Source: an uncultured Chloroflexia bacterium (GTDB taxonomy: Bacteria; Chloroflexota; Limnocylindria; QHBO01). Taken from it: 64,000 bases of DNA. The position numbers and the translations under genes are program-made. Position 1 is the stretch's first letter. The number at the start of each line of letters is the position of its first letter. The DNA is taken from positions 1,408,001 to 1,472,000 of the forward strand of contig CAWGTN010000002.1 in the NCBI GenBank assembly GCA_963825525.1, in the 5' to 3' direction. Below the pieces are notes generated by a model. The model did no database searches. It was not told the origin of the DNA and saw only the letters and a list, made by a program, of their open reading frames with translations. Positions 41,716 through 50,551 of this stretch are shown piece by piece.

Positions 41716-43869
41716 ATGACCCCGTCCGCCATCGCGCGCTTCATCCGCCGTCGTCAGCCACCGGTTGTCGAGGGAGGTGCTGAGCGCGCGAGCCGCGGCC
41801 AGATCCTGGTCCTGTTCGCGCTCCTGCTCACCATCCTCATCGGCTTCTCGGCCTTCGTGGTCGACATTGCCTGGATCTGGAGCAACCAGCTCAAGGTCCA
41901 GCGTGCGGCGGACGCAGCGGCACTTGCCGGCGTGGTCAACCTTCCCGGCCAGGTCACGGTGGCATTCAACGACGCGTGGGCCGAGTCGCGAAAGAACGGA
42001 TATCGCAATGGCGTGGGCGGGGTGGTCGTGACCCCGTCGCAGGATCCCGACAACCCTCGGCGCATGCGCGTTCGCGTGTCCGCGCCGGTGAGGACGTTCT
42101 TCATGGGCCTGTTCGGCTGGAGCCAGGTGACCGTCACCCGCGACGCAAGCGCCGACTTCGTGCTCCCGGTGCCGATGGGCAGCCCGCTGAACTACTACGG
42201 CGTCGGCGACTTCCGCACCCTCGTCACCGGATCAGTGACCGATACCGGCGAGCGGGCGGCCACGACGGCGGTCACCCCGAACGGTTGGACGACACCGAAC
42301 GGCGCGCATGCGTCCGGGGGGAGCACCCACGCCAACAACGCGACGGGCGCCAGCCAGGGATACGGGAACTTCGGCATCACGCTGCCCGCCGGCTCCGTGG
42401 TCCGAGGCATCGAGGTGCGGGTCGATGGCCGCTCGACCGACACGGCCGGATGCGCCATCGGCGTTTCGCTATCGGCCAATGGTGGGACGAGCTGGACCGC
42501 TCAGAAGACCCAGAGCCTGACGGGCGCGTTCGCCGTGAGGCGTCTTGGGGGCGCCACCGACATGTGGGGCGGTGTCTGGCTGCCGGCAGGAGTCACGAAC
42601 GGCTCGCTGGTGGTCCGCGTGACCGACGTCGATCCTGGGGCCGCCTGTGTCGACAGCGCTCGCACCGACCTTGATTACCTGAGCGTGAAGGTCTTCTACA
42701 CGGGTCCGCCCACCCAGCAGAACCGGGTGATCACCGCGCCGGACGGCACGGTGCTCGCGAGCCAGGGCTTCTGGGGTGCGATCGAGGGCCAGGGCAGCAA
42801 CCGATCGACCGGCGATGCCTACGCCACCGGCTACAACCCGAATCCCACCTTGAACGCCGACTACGACGCGCGAGGGTACGACTACACCCTGGAGCTGCCG
42901 GCAGGCGGCAAGGTGTCCATCTTCGACCCCACCTTCTGCGCGACGTCCGACGGACCGGGCGGCGGCCACTACGGGTCCGGCGACCACTGGCTGGGCGCAG
43001 CGACGCCCGTGTCCACCTACTTCCAGCTGTGGAACTCGAACGGCACCACGTTCCGGAGCGATGACACGCTGGTGGCCGCGAGTGGCTCCCTGTTCCAGAA
43101 CGAGTACCAGGCCGACCTCATCACCGGCGCGAACTTCAGCGACGGTGCAGAGCCGACGAACCCGACGGACTGCGGCGAGGGCCTGATCACGAACCCGGGC
43201 CAGGGCGGCGCGTACCACAACAAGTGGTGGCAGATGGCCAGCGGACTGGCCGCCGGCGAGTATCGGCTCCAGGTGACGACCACCAATCCCAGTAATCCGA
43301 ACGACAACTGGGACGAGAGCTTCGAGAACATGTGGTCGATCCTGGTCGAGGGCGGCGGCAAGCCGCACATCTTCGGCTCCGGGAAGATGGTGTCCTACGC
43401 CAACATCGAGGCCGGACAGCAGACGTTCTATCTCGCCCAGATCGACCGACAGGCGGGAGCCGGCAAGACGGTCGAGATCAAGCTCTTCGATCCGGGCGAC
43501 GTCGGTCAGAAGGCGTGGATGCAGATCCTTTCGCCGGACGGCAACGCGTACAACCCGGTGACGTTCAGCTACACCGCAGATAACGGGCGATCCGGCACCA
43601 ACGTCACGTGCATCCAGACGTATGGCGGTGGCGGGCCGTCGGCGCCATCCGGCTGCACCAACCTCACGAGCGGTGGATCCCTCTACCAGAACTCGTGGAT
43701 CACGGTCCAGGTGCCACTCTCGTCGAACTACGGGGCGAGCGGCCTCCAGCCGGCGGGCGAGACCGAATCCGGCTGGTGGAAGATCCGGTACACCGTGAAC
43801 AGTGGCAACGACACCACGACCTGGGAGGTCACGATCCGCGGCAACCCGGTCCGCCTGGTCGTTCCCTGA
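41716..43869 (+). CDS. tadG: large TadG-like tip pilin/adhesin (717 aa), cassette 4
   Basis: RG|QILVLFA..VDIA..QRAADAAALAG; long Gly/Thr/Trp-rich beta-type C-terminal region. Confidence 0.85.
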   Translation: MTPSAIARFIRRRQPPVVEGGAERASRGQILVLFALLLTILIGFSAFVVDIAWIWSNQLKVQRAADAAALAGVVNLPGQVTVAFNDAWAESRKNGYRNGVGGVVVTPSQDPDNPRRMRVRVSAPVRTFFMGLFGWSQVTVTRDASADFVLPVPMGSPLNYYGVGDFRTLVTGSVTDTGERAATTAVTPNGWTTPNGAHASGGSTHANNATGASQGYGNFGITLPAGSVVRGIEVRVDGRSTDTAGCAIGVSLSANGGTSWTAQKTQSLTGAFAVRRLGGATDMWGGVWLPAGVTNGSLVVRVTDVDPGAACVDSARTDLDYLSVKVFYTGPPTQQNRVITAPDGTVLASQGFWGAIEGQGSNRSTGDAYATGYNPNPTLNADYDARGYDYTLELPAGGKVSIFDPTFCATSDGPGGGHYGSGDHWLGAATPVSTYFQLWNSNGTTFRSDDTLVAASGSLFQNEYQADLITGANFSDGAEPTNPTDCGEGLITNPGQGGAYHNKWWQMASGLAAGEYRLQVTTTNPSNPNDNWDESFENMWSILVEGGGKPHIFGSGKMVSYANIEAGQQTFYLAQIDRQAGAGKTVEIKLFDPGDVGQKAWMQILSPDGNAYNPVTFSYTADNGRSGTNVTCIQTYGGGGPSAPSGCTNLTSGGSLYQNSWITVQVPLSSNYGASGLQPAGETESGWWKIRYTVNSGNDTTTWEVTIRGNPVRLVVP

Positions 43870-43909
43870 TTTGTCGCCGCGAGTCGCGTGACTCGGGGAT
43901 GATGTCGCG

Positions 43910-44305
43910 GTGAACGAGCAGGCACGCCTGGTACGCGTCGAGAACGTCACCCGTGGCACGACCGTCGCCGACCGTGTGCGGGTCGCCTCGTCGAGTGTCG
44001 ATCGGACCGTTGGGCTGCTACACACTCCGGGCCTCGCGCCGGACGAGGGACTGTGGATCGAGCGAGCCCCGTCCATCCACATGTTCTTCATGCGCTACGC
44101 GATCGACGCGATCTTCGTCGACCGCGCTGGCCGGGTGACCAAGGTCGTGCCGAATCTCCGGCCCTGGAGGGTCGTGCTCTGGGCGCGGGGCGCCCGGGAT
44201 TGCCTGGAGCTCGGCGCCGGCGCCGCGGCCGTCAGCGGGACGGAGCGCGGAGACCAGCTGACCCTGGTGGACGTGGACCGGGACATGGACGAGGGCTCCC
44301 GGTAA
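43910..44305 (+). CDS. DUF192 family protein
   Basis: GLL...GLWI...SIHMFFMRYAIDAIFVD...LEL. Confidence 0.85.
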   Translation: MNEQARLVRVENVTRGTTVADRVRVASSSVDRTVGLLHTPGLAPDEGLWIERAPSIHMFFMRYAIDAIFVDRAGRVTKVVPNLRPWRVVLWARGARDCLELGAGAAAVSGTERGDQLTLVDVDRDMDEGSR

Positions 44306-44350
44306 GCAAGCGGTAATCCCGCGGTACACGCGCCTGGGTCAGCATTCGGC

Positions 44351-45004
44351 ATGGAGTGGCTGCTGGACGTGCTGATGCCGCCGGCGTGCACGGGTTGCGG
44401 ACGTGCCGGCTCGATCATGTGCCAACGCTGCCGCGCGGACATGCGGCCGTTCACGGACCATGCCCCGACCTTCGTGGCGCCGGACGCCGGCGTCGTGGTG
44501 GGTGAGGCGCTGGCGCTGGCCGTCGCGGCGTTCCCGTACGAGGGAGCGCTCCGCCGCGTGCTGGCAGCGCTGAAGTATCGGGGCGCCGCCCGCGTTGCGC
44601 GGCCGCTTGCCGATGCGGCCTTTCCCTCCCTCCGCCATCTCCTCGCGGTCTCCGGGCCCGCCGTGCTCGTGCCGGTGCCCATTCACCCAGGCCGGCAACG
44701 CCAACGCGGTTACAACCAGGCGTCGCTCATCGCCACGCGCCTCGCGGCCCGCGCCGAGATTCCGATGGCCGACCTGCTGACGCGGGCGCACCTCACCGAG
44801 CAGCAGCACCGCCTGACGCGCGCGGAACGAATGAGGAACATGCGTGGCGCCATCACTCCCCGGAAGGGAGCATCGGCTCCGGCCTGCGCGGTCGTGGTCG
44901 ACGACATCCTGACGACCTCGGCCACGCTCGAGGTCTGCGCCGATGCACTCCTCCGCATGGGCGTCCAGCACGTCTACGGGTTCGCCATAGCCCGCGAAGT
45001 CTGA
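44351..45004 (+). CDS. comF: ComF family protein (zinc ribbon + PRTase domain)
   Basis: CTGC..CQRC, RGYNQ and VVVDDILTT. Confidence 0.9.
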   Translation: MEWLLDVLMPPACTGCGRAGSIMCQRCRADMRPFTDHAPTFVAPDAGVVVGEALALAVAAFPYEGALRRVLAALKYRGAARVARPLADAAFPSLRHLLAVSGPAVLVPVPIHPGRQRQRGYNQASLIATRLAARAEIPMADLLTRAHLTEQQHRLTRAERMRNMRGAITPRKGASAPACAVVVDDILTTSATLEVCADALLRMGVQHVYGFAIAREV

Positions 45005-45059
45005 CCTGGTGCTAGCCTAGGAGGCCACCTCGAGACACGCGCAGCGGAGGATTCGGTAC

Positions 45060-45644
45060 GTGAAGACGAACCTGACCGCCCGGAACCTGGAGCTGGATGA
45101 TGAGCTCCGCAGCCAGGTCGAGCGTAAGCTCAAGCGCCTCGACAGGATCACCCACGAGTCCGCGGAGGCCGATGTCGAGCTCATCGCCAACGCCTCACAC
45201 GCCAACGACGCATCCCAGGTCGCCGAGGTGACGCTGCGCAACAACGGAGACCTCCTGCGCTCGACGGCCGCCGGCGCGTCCCCCATCGCCGCCCTCGACG
45301 TGGTGCTGGACAAGCTCGAGCGGCAGGTCGTGCGCATGAAGGAGCGGCCGCGGCGCGTCCGGGAGCGTCATGCCGACGAGGTGGACACTGTCCTCGAGCG
45401 CGAGGCGATCGGCACCGTCGACGGAGACGACGGCGCAGGCGATCGTCCGCTCATCGTGAAGACCAAACGGTTCGCCATGCGGCCGATGTTCGAAGAGGAT
45501 GCCATGGCTCAGATGGAGGAGCTCGGCCACGCTTTCTTCGTCTTCCTGAACGCCGAGAGCGAGAGCGTGGCCGTCCTCTATCGGCGTCGGGATGGATCGT
45601 TCGGGCTCATCGAGCCGGTACTGGATAACGGGAGACCGCGCTGA
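45060..45644 (+). CDS. hpf: ribosome hibernation promoting factor (long HPF)
   Basis: DKLERQ; C-terminal KRF..PM..EDA..QMEELGH.FFVF..VLYRR.DG. Confidence 0.92.
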   Translation: MKTNLTARNLELDDELRSQVERKLKRLDRITHESAEADVELIANASHANDASQVAEVTLRNNGDLLRSTAAGASPIAALDVVLDKLERQVVRMKERPRRVRERHADEVDTVLEREAIGTVDGDDGAGDRPLIVKTKRFAMRPMFEEDAMAQMEELGHAFFVFLNAESESVAVLYRRRDGSFGLIEPVLDNGRPR

Positions 45645-45659
45645 GCCTCGCCGACCTGG

Positions 45660-45779
45660 TCAGAGGATGGCCGGCAGGATCAGCAGCGCTCCGACGATCA
45701 CGATCAGCGACACGAAGAAGACGAGCAGCGCGATGCCCAGGAGATCGGTCTCGGGCGTCGTCGCCGGTTCGGGTGCCAT
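45660..45779 (-). CDS. putative small membrane peptide (39 aa)
   Basis: MAPEPATTPETDLLGIALLVFFVSLIVIVGALLILPAIL; fills the hpf-nfo gap. Confidence 0.45.
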   Translation of the reverse strand: MAPEPATTPETDLLGIALLVFFVSLIVIVGALLILPAIL

Positions 45780-46764
45780 GCGCGGCACCGTAGCACGCCG
45801 GGAGCCACGGCGGCGCCTCACGTGGCCCCATGAAGCACCGCCGGTGGGCCTCCATCTCGGCGTCGGCCAGGGCCTGATGAAGGCCGCCCGGCGGTCGCGC
45901 CAGATCGGCGCCCGGGCGCTCCAGATCTTCAGCGACAACCCGACCGCGTGGCGTCGACGGCCGGAACCGCTGGACGACGCACCAGAGTTCGTCAGCTACT
46001 GCGCACGAGAGGGAATTGAGTGCATCGCAATCCACGCGTCGTACCTCATCAACCTCGCCGGCTCGTCCGAGCCGTTCGCCAGCCAATCCCGCGCCGGGCT
46101 GATCCACGAGGTTCAGCAGGCCCCGTACTACGGGGCTCGATTCGTGAACGTGCACATCGGGTCACATCGCGGGTCGGGTGCGGGCGGAGGGACGCGGCGG
46201 ATCGTGGAGAACGTGCGGGCCGTCCTGGACAGCACGCCACCGGACGTTCGGCTGGTGCTCGAGAACTCTGCCGGCGGCGGCGACCTCATGGGATCGACGA
46301 TCGAAGAGCTGGCGGAGATCCTGGACGGCGTTGGCGACACCCGGAACTCGGAGCGGCTGGCGTTCTGCCTGGACACCGCGCATCTGTGGGGAGCAGGCCA
46401 CGACATCTCGACCGATGCCGGGGCGATGCAGGTGGTGGATCGCTTCGGGGCGCTGATCGGGCTCGGTCGCCTGGCTCTCGTGCACCTCAACGACTCGCGC
46501 TCGGAGCTCGGATCTCTGACCGATCGCCACGAGCACGTGGGCGGCGGGCGGATCGGGCCGCTCGGGCTGGGATCACTCCTCCGCGATCCCCGGCTGGCGC
46601 GCACCGCCTTCATCATGGAGACGCCGGGTGCCGATGAGGGCTGGGACGCCGTCAACCTTCGAAGGGCGTACGCCCTGTGGCGTGGTGCACTTCAGCTGCC
46701 CGAGCTGCCGCCGAAGGCCTATCGCACGAACCGGCGTTCGACCCGGGTGTCAGCCGCTCGCTGA
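45778..46764 (+). CDS. nfo: endonuclease IV (start uncertain; GTG 45844 is an alternative)
   Basis: HASYLINL, LENSAG, CLDTAH, HLNDS, DRHEH and MET. Confidence 0.92.
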   Translation: MRGTVARREPRRRLTWPHEAPPVGLHLGVGQGLMKAARRSRQIGARALQIFSDNPTAWRRRPEPLDDAPEFVSYCAREGIECIAIHASYLINLAGSSEPFASQSRAGLIHEVQQAPYYGARFVNVHIGSHRGSGAGGGTRRIVENVRAVLDSTPPDVRLVLENSAGGGDLMGSTIEELAEILDGVGDTRNSERLAFCLDTAHLWGAGHDISTDAGAMQVVDRFGALIGLGRLALVHLNDSRSELGSLTDRHEHVGGGRIGPLGLGSLLRDPRLARTAFIMETPGADEGWDAVNLRRAYALWRGALQLPELPPKAYRTNRRSTRVSAAR

Positions 46765-46784
46765 GCCGACGCCATGGCATGACG

Positions 46785-46827
46785 AAGGGGCTGGATGCCG
46801 ACTCGGTCGTCGTAATCCAGCCCCTTT
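46785..46827. terminator. hairpin between convergent nfo and LPxTA-protein genes
   Basis: AAGGGGCTGGAT...ATCCAGCCCCTT 12-bp stem. Confidence 0.7.
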
Positions 46828-46882
46828 GGGTGTGGCGGGGTGATCCGGAATCGCGTCCGGCCACCCCATGGGTCCAAGCCGC

Positions 46883-47782
46883 CTACCGACGGCGAAGCAG
46901 GTTCACCGCCATCACCAGCAGCGAGCCGGCGAGGAGCAGGATCGGGAGAATGATCGTCAGCAGGCCGGTCGTCACCTGCGGTCCGGTCGCCGTGTTGGGC
47001 AGCTCCGGAACCGGCGGGGTGGGATTGCCCGGAAGCTCACTCTCGCGGGCCGTCGGCGTTGACGACTCCTCGGGGGTCTCCGACGGAGATTCGCTCTCGC
47101 TGGGCGACTCGCTCGGGGACTCGCTCGGGGTTTCCGAAGGAGACTCCGAAGGAGACTCGCTCTGGCTGGGCGACTCGGTCGGGGTTGCCGAAGGAGACTC
47201 GGTCGGGGTTGCCGAAGGAGACTCGGTCGGGGTTGCCGAAGGAGACTCGGTCGGGGTTGCCGAAGGAGACTCGGTCGGGGTTGCCGAAGGAGACTCGGTC
47301 GGGGTTGCCGAAGGAGACTCGGTCGGGGTTGCCGAAGGAGACTCGGTCGGCGTTGCGCTCGGCGACTCGCTCGGGCTGGCCGAGGGCGACTCCGAAGGTG
47401 ACTCGCTCTGGCTCGGCTGCACGCAGAGCTGCGCATCGGCAAGGGCACTCGTGCTCTTGCGCTTGTCGTTCTTCCATCGGGCGTAGAGCGTCGAGCCGCC
47501 ACGCGACGTCTCGAACGCGTGCTCTCCCGACTTCCCGAAATTGACGTTCCAGTAGTTGCTGAAGTTGGAGTTCCAGCTGAACTGGATCTTGTAGTCGGGC
47601 TCGCGGCTCAGGTTGAGGATCCACGAGTAGTGCGCTTCGTCACTTGCGCACTGAGGTGCCAGGCTGGGTCGAGCCCAGGCCAGCGCGGATCCCACCGAGA
47701 CCGTCAGCACGAGTGCCGAGACGGATGCGACCGTGATCATGACCTGCGCCATGCGGCCCCGTCGGGTGTTGAAGGTGGCCAT
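46883..47782 (-). CDS. secreted Ser/Pro/Thr/Glu-rich surface protein with sortase-type LPNTA anchor
   Basis: Signal peptide ending ALA, small globular domain, ESPSATPT repeats, then LPNTA + TM + RRR. Confidence 0.82.
   Translation of the reverse strand: MATFNTRRGRMAQVMITVASVSALVLTVSVGSALAWARPSLAPQCASDEAHYSWILNLSREPDYKIQFSWNSNFSNYWNVNFGKSGEHAFETSRGGSTLYARWKNDKRKSTSALADAQLCVQPSQSESPSESPSASPSESPSATPTESPSATPTESPSATPTESPSATPTESPSATPTESPSATPTESPSATPTESPSATPTESPSQSESPSESPSETPSESPSESPSESESPSETPEESSTPTARESELPGNPTPPVPELPNTATGPQVTTGLLTIILPILLLAGSLLVMAVNLLRRR
47172..47339. repeat. 7 perfect tandem copies of a 24-bp coding repeat with degenerate flanking copies
   Basis: Unit GACTCGGTCGGGGTTGCCGAAGGA; encodes SPSATPTE on the minus strand. 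Confidence 0.95.
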
Positions 47783-48022
47783 TGTTCGTTGCTCCCCTGG
47801 CTGATGATTCAGCTGGCCGTCCGATGAGCGGACATGACCGTCATCGCAGGCTAGGGGGTCCTGGTACCTTCGTCACCCTCGGCCGCCCGAGGCGTGATGG
47901 GCTCCAGCCCAATGCGGGGGGATCGGGTGTGGAAAGCGGTGGTGACTCACCGCAACGGGGGTACCACCCTGGGCTCCACCAGCGGTACTGGCGATGGCTT
48001 CGAGGGACAGTACCGCCGGAGG

Positions 48023-48430
48023 TTAGCTGCCGTTCGTGTACCCGTTCGGGCCGTGATGTGAGCCGTTCGAGTCGCCTCGCGATCGGCGCAGTCGAAGGGC
48101 GATGTACGCCTGCATGAGCTCGCGGACATCGGATTCGGTCAGGGCGTCATCGCCGCGCAGGGCGTATTCGACGCGGGTGGTGGGCAGGACGTGGCGATTG
48201 TTGAGCGAGGCGAAGTAGGCCGGTCCATCGGCCTCCTCGCGGATCTCGCGCAGTCCGCGGGCGAGCTTGGTGGCGGTCCCGAGCGACGGCATGCGATCGC
48301 CCTTGATCAGCCGCGAGATGGTGGAGTGATCCACGCCCGACTGGAGCGCCAGCTGCCGCTGGCTCATCTTCTTTTCCTTCAGCTGGCCGCGAAGCCAGCT
48401 GTTGAACGATCGTGGTGTCTCGAGGGCCAT
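48023..48430 (-). CDS. XRE-family HTH regulator
   Basis: MSQRQLALQSGVDHSTISRL..G.R.PS. Confidence 0.88.
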   Translation of the reverse strand: MALETPRSFNSWLRGQLKEKKMSQRQLALQSGVDHSTISRLIKGDRMPSLGTATKLARGLREIREEADGPAYFASLNNRHVLPTTRVEYALRGDDALTESDVRELMQAYIALRLRRSRGDSNGSHHGPNGYTNGS

Positions 48431-48568
48431 GTGCGACCTGTATGACGCTGTACGCCACCGGTACGGAACGCGCCGGTGGTGCGTACGAGCAACCGCAGCA
48501 TCCCAGCGCCGCGGGGTCGCCTCAATAGGAGGAAGGTACCGCGTGCATGGAGGCCGATTCAGCCGGGT

Positions 48569-49657
48569 TCAGCCCGCCGAAGCCATCCTGGCGGCCCCGT
48601 GGGCGATGCGGACCTTTCGGCTGAAGGCGTACAGGATGCCGCCAAGCACGATCACGGTCAGGATGCTGATTGCACGGTCGGTGAACGCGACCGCCGCCGC
48701 CGGGTCCTGCCCAACCCCGTAGAAGCCGAGAGCAACGGCGATCGCCAGCTCCACGAAGCCGACGCCGGCCGGCGTGAGTGGAATTGCCGTCAGCAGGGCC
48801 GCGGCCAGTGCCACGAACACGGATGCGCTGATGCCGAGCCCGACCTCAGGCAGTGCGAGCGCCTGGATGACGAAGTACAGCCGGGCCCCCTCGAGCAGCC
48901 AGATCGCCCCGGTCAGCACCAGGATCGTCGGCAGAGCGCGGAGCGAGAGGGCGCCGGTGCTTCCCTCGCGGAAGCGAGCGTAGAGGTCGGCGAAACGGGC
49001 CGGCAGTCGCACGGTCAGGCGATCCCCCAGGAACCGAAGAGACGCCACCATCAGGATCAGGAGCACGACCACGATGGCGCCGATCATGAAGATGAAGTCG
49101 ATCTCTGGACGCGATCGGCCGCGGAAGCTCCAGAAGCCGGCGGCCAGGGCCAGGATGAAGATGACGATGATGTCGGCAATGCGCTCGATGAAGATCGTGC
49201 CCACCGTCCGCGACGACGACGCCCCGAAGTTCCCCTTGAGAAGGAACGCCCGATACAGGTCTCCCAGCTTGGCGGGCACCAGGCAGTTCACGAACCACGA
49301 AAGGAACAGGATCTCCGACGCGTCCTTGAACGGGACCTGGACCCCGCTGCGCGCCAGCACGTAGCGCCAGCGGAAGCCGCGGAGCGGGAAGGTCAGGTAG
49401 TAGGCGAGGGTGGCGACCACCAGGAGGAGAAGGTCGGCCCCGGTGATCAGGCGCCAGGTGCGCCCGAAATCGACATTCAGTGCGAACCGGAAGAGCAGGA
49501 ACAGCATGAGCCCGGCGAACACGATGGAGCCGATGGTTCGCAGATTGAGGAATCGGCGAGCCAGGCTGACCTCGCGCTCGGGGATCGGCGCGTCGGCGGC
49601 TGCGTCCAGGAAGTCGGCCGGCTCGTAGACGCCATGCCGATCGTGCGAATCGGTCAT
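48569..49657 (-). CDS. lysylphosphatidylglycerol-synthase TM-domain (UPF0104, flippase-like) protein
   Basis: RGFRW, N.LVPAKLGD.YR, ERIAD and TPAGVG..E. Confidence 0.85.
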   Translation of the reverse strand: MTDSHDRHGVYEPADFLDAAADAPIPEREVSLARRFLNLRTIGSIVFAGLMLFLLFRFALNVDFGRTWRLITGADLLLLVVATLAYYLTFPLRGFRWRYVLARSGVQVPFKDASEILFLSWFVNCLVPAKLGDLYRAFLLKGNFGASSSRTVGTIFIERIADIIVIFILALAAGFWSFRGRSRPEIDFIFMIGAIVVVLLILMVASLRFLGDRLTVRLPARFADLYARFREGSTGALSLRALPTILVLTGAIWLLEGARLYFVIQALALPEVGLGISASVFVALAAALLTAIPLTPAGVGFVELAIAVALGFYGVGQDPAAAVAFTDRAISILTVIVLGGILYAFSRKVRIAHGAARMASAG

Positions 49658-50544
49658 CCTTCGTTCTCGTTTTCGGGCTCGGCCGATGGGAGCTCTGCGG
49701 GCGACGGTCTCTTGATCGGCTCCCGACGGACTTCGGCCGGGTCCTGCGGTCCGAGGATCGGCCCGGTGGCCGTACGCTTCCCGCGCCATCGGTCGAAGGT
49801 GTTCTTCCAGACCGCCCAACGGGTGGTGGCGTGGATGAAGACCGAGGACCGGCTCGCGTGCCACTCGTTGTCCGGGAGGACCGCCCTGAGCTCGGCGGCG
49901 GTCTCGAAGGCGGGCAACGCGTTGAACGCCATCGCCACCTCGAAGCTCGAGTGCGAGTCGCTGGCGGCAATGCCCGGGATGCCGTAGTGAGCGGCGAACT
50001 CCGCCGCCTCGATGTTGTGCCGCTGGAACGTGACCCGGCAGTTGAAGATCTCGACGGCGTCGACCTTCCCCATCTCCGCCAGGTTGCGGAGCGGTCCCTC
50101 CTTGATGTGCGAGCCACGGAAGGGATCGAACGGATGCGGAATGCTGACCAGGCCGCCCTGCCGATGGATCTCGTCCGCGGTCTCGTTGGCGGACAGGCCG
50201 CGCGGGATGGTCTTGGTGAGGAAGAGGCCCACGACCTCGCCGTCCGCCGTGCTGACCTCCTCGCCCAGGATCACGGTCAGCCGATCGTCGAGTCCGAGCT
50301 CCGTGACCTTGTCGCGCACCGCGACGGCGCCCTCGACGTTGTTGTGGTTGGTGATCGCGACGTGGGTCAGGCCGCGCTCGATGGCCTTCTCGATGAAGCG
50401 CTCCTCGGTGAGGATCGAGTCACGGCTGAACCGGGTGTGGATGTGAAAGTCGGCGAAGACAGGCCGGGTGGGTGGCTTGCCGGTCGTCTCGCGCTGTTTC
50501 TGGAGCGTCGTTCGCAGCTCCGTCGCCGAGCTGGCGATGGTCAC
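49654..50544 (-). CDS. PHP-domain phosphoesterase
   Basis: DFHIHT..S.D, ITNHN, GEEVST, PHPF and SDSH. Confidence 0.88.
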   Translation of the reverse strand: MTIASSATELRTTLQKQRETTGKPPTRPVFADFHIHTRFSRDSILTEERFIEKAIERGLTHVAITNHNNVEGAVAVRDKVTELGLDDRLTVILGEEVSTADGEVVGLFLTKTIPRGLSANETADEIHRQGGLVSIPHPFDPFRGSHIKEGPLRNLAEMGKVDAVEIFNCRVTFQRHNIEAAEFAAHYGIPGIAASDSHSSFEVAMAFNALPAFETAAELRAVLPDNEWHASRSSVFIHATTRWAVWKNTFDRWRGKRTATGPILGPQDPAEVRREPIKRPSPAELPSAEPENENEG

Positions 50545-50551
50545 ATCGGCC

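Noticed and set aside
47100-47410. CRISPR array
   Set aside because: Contiguous in-frame 24-bp coding repeats without spacers; no cas genes.
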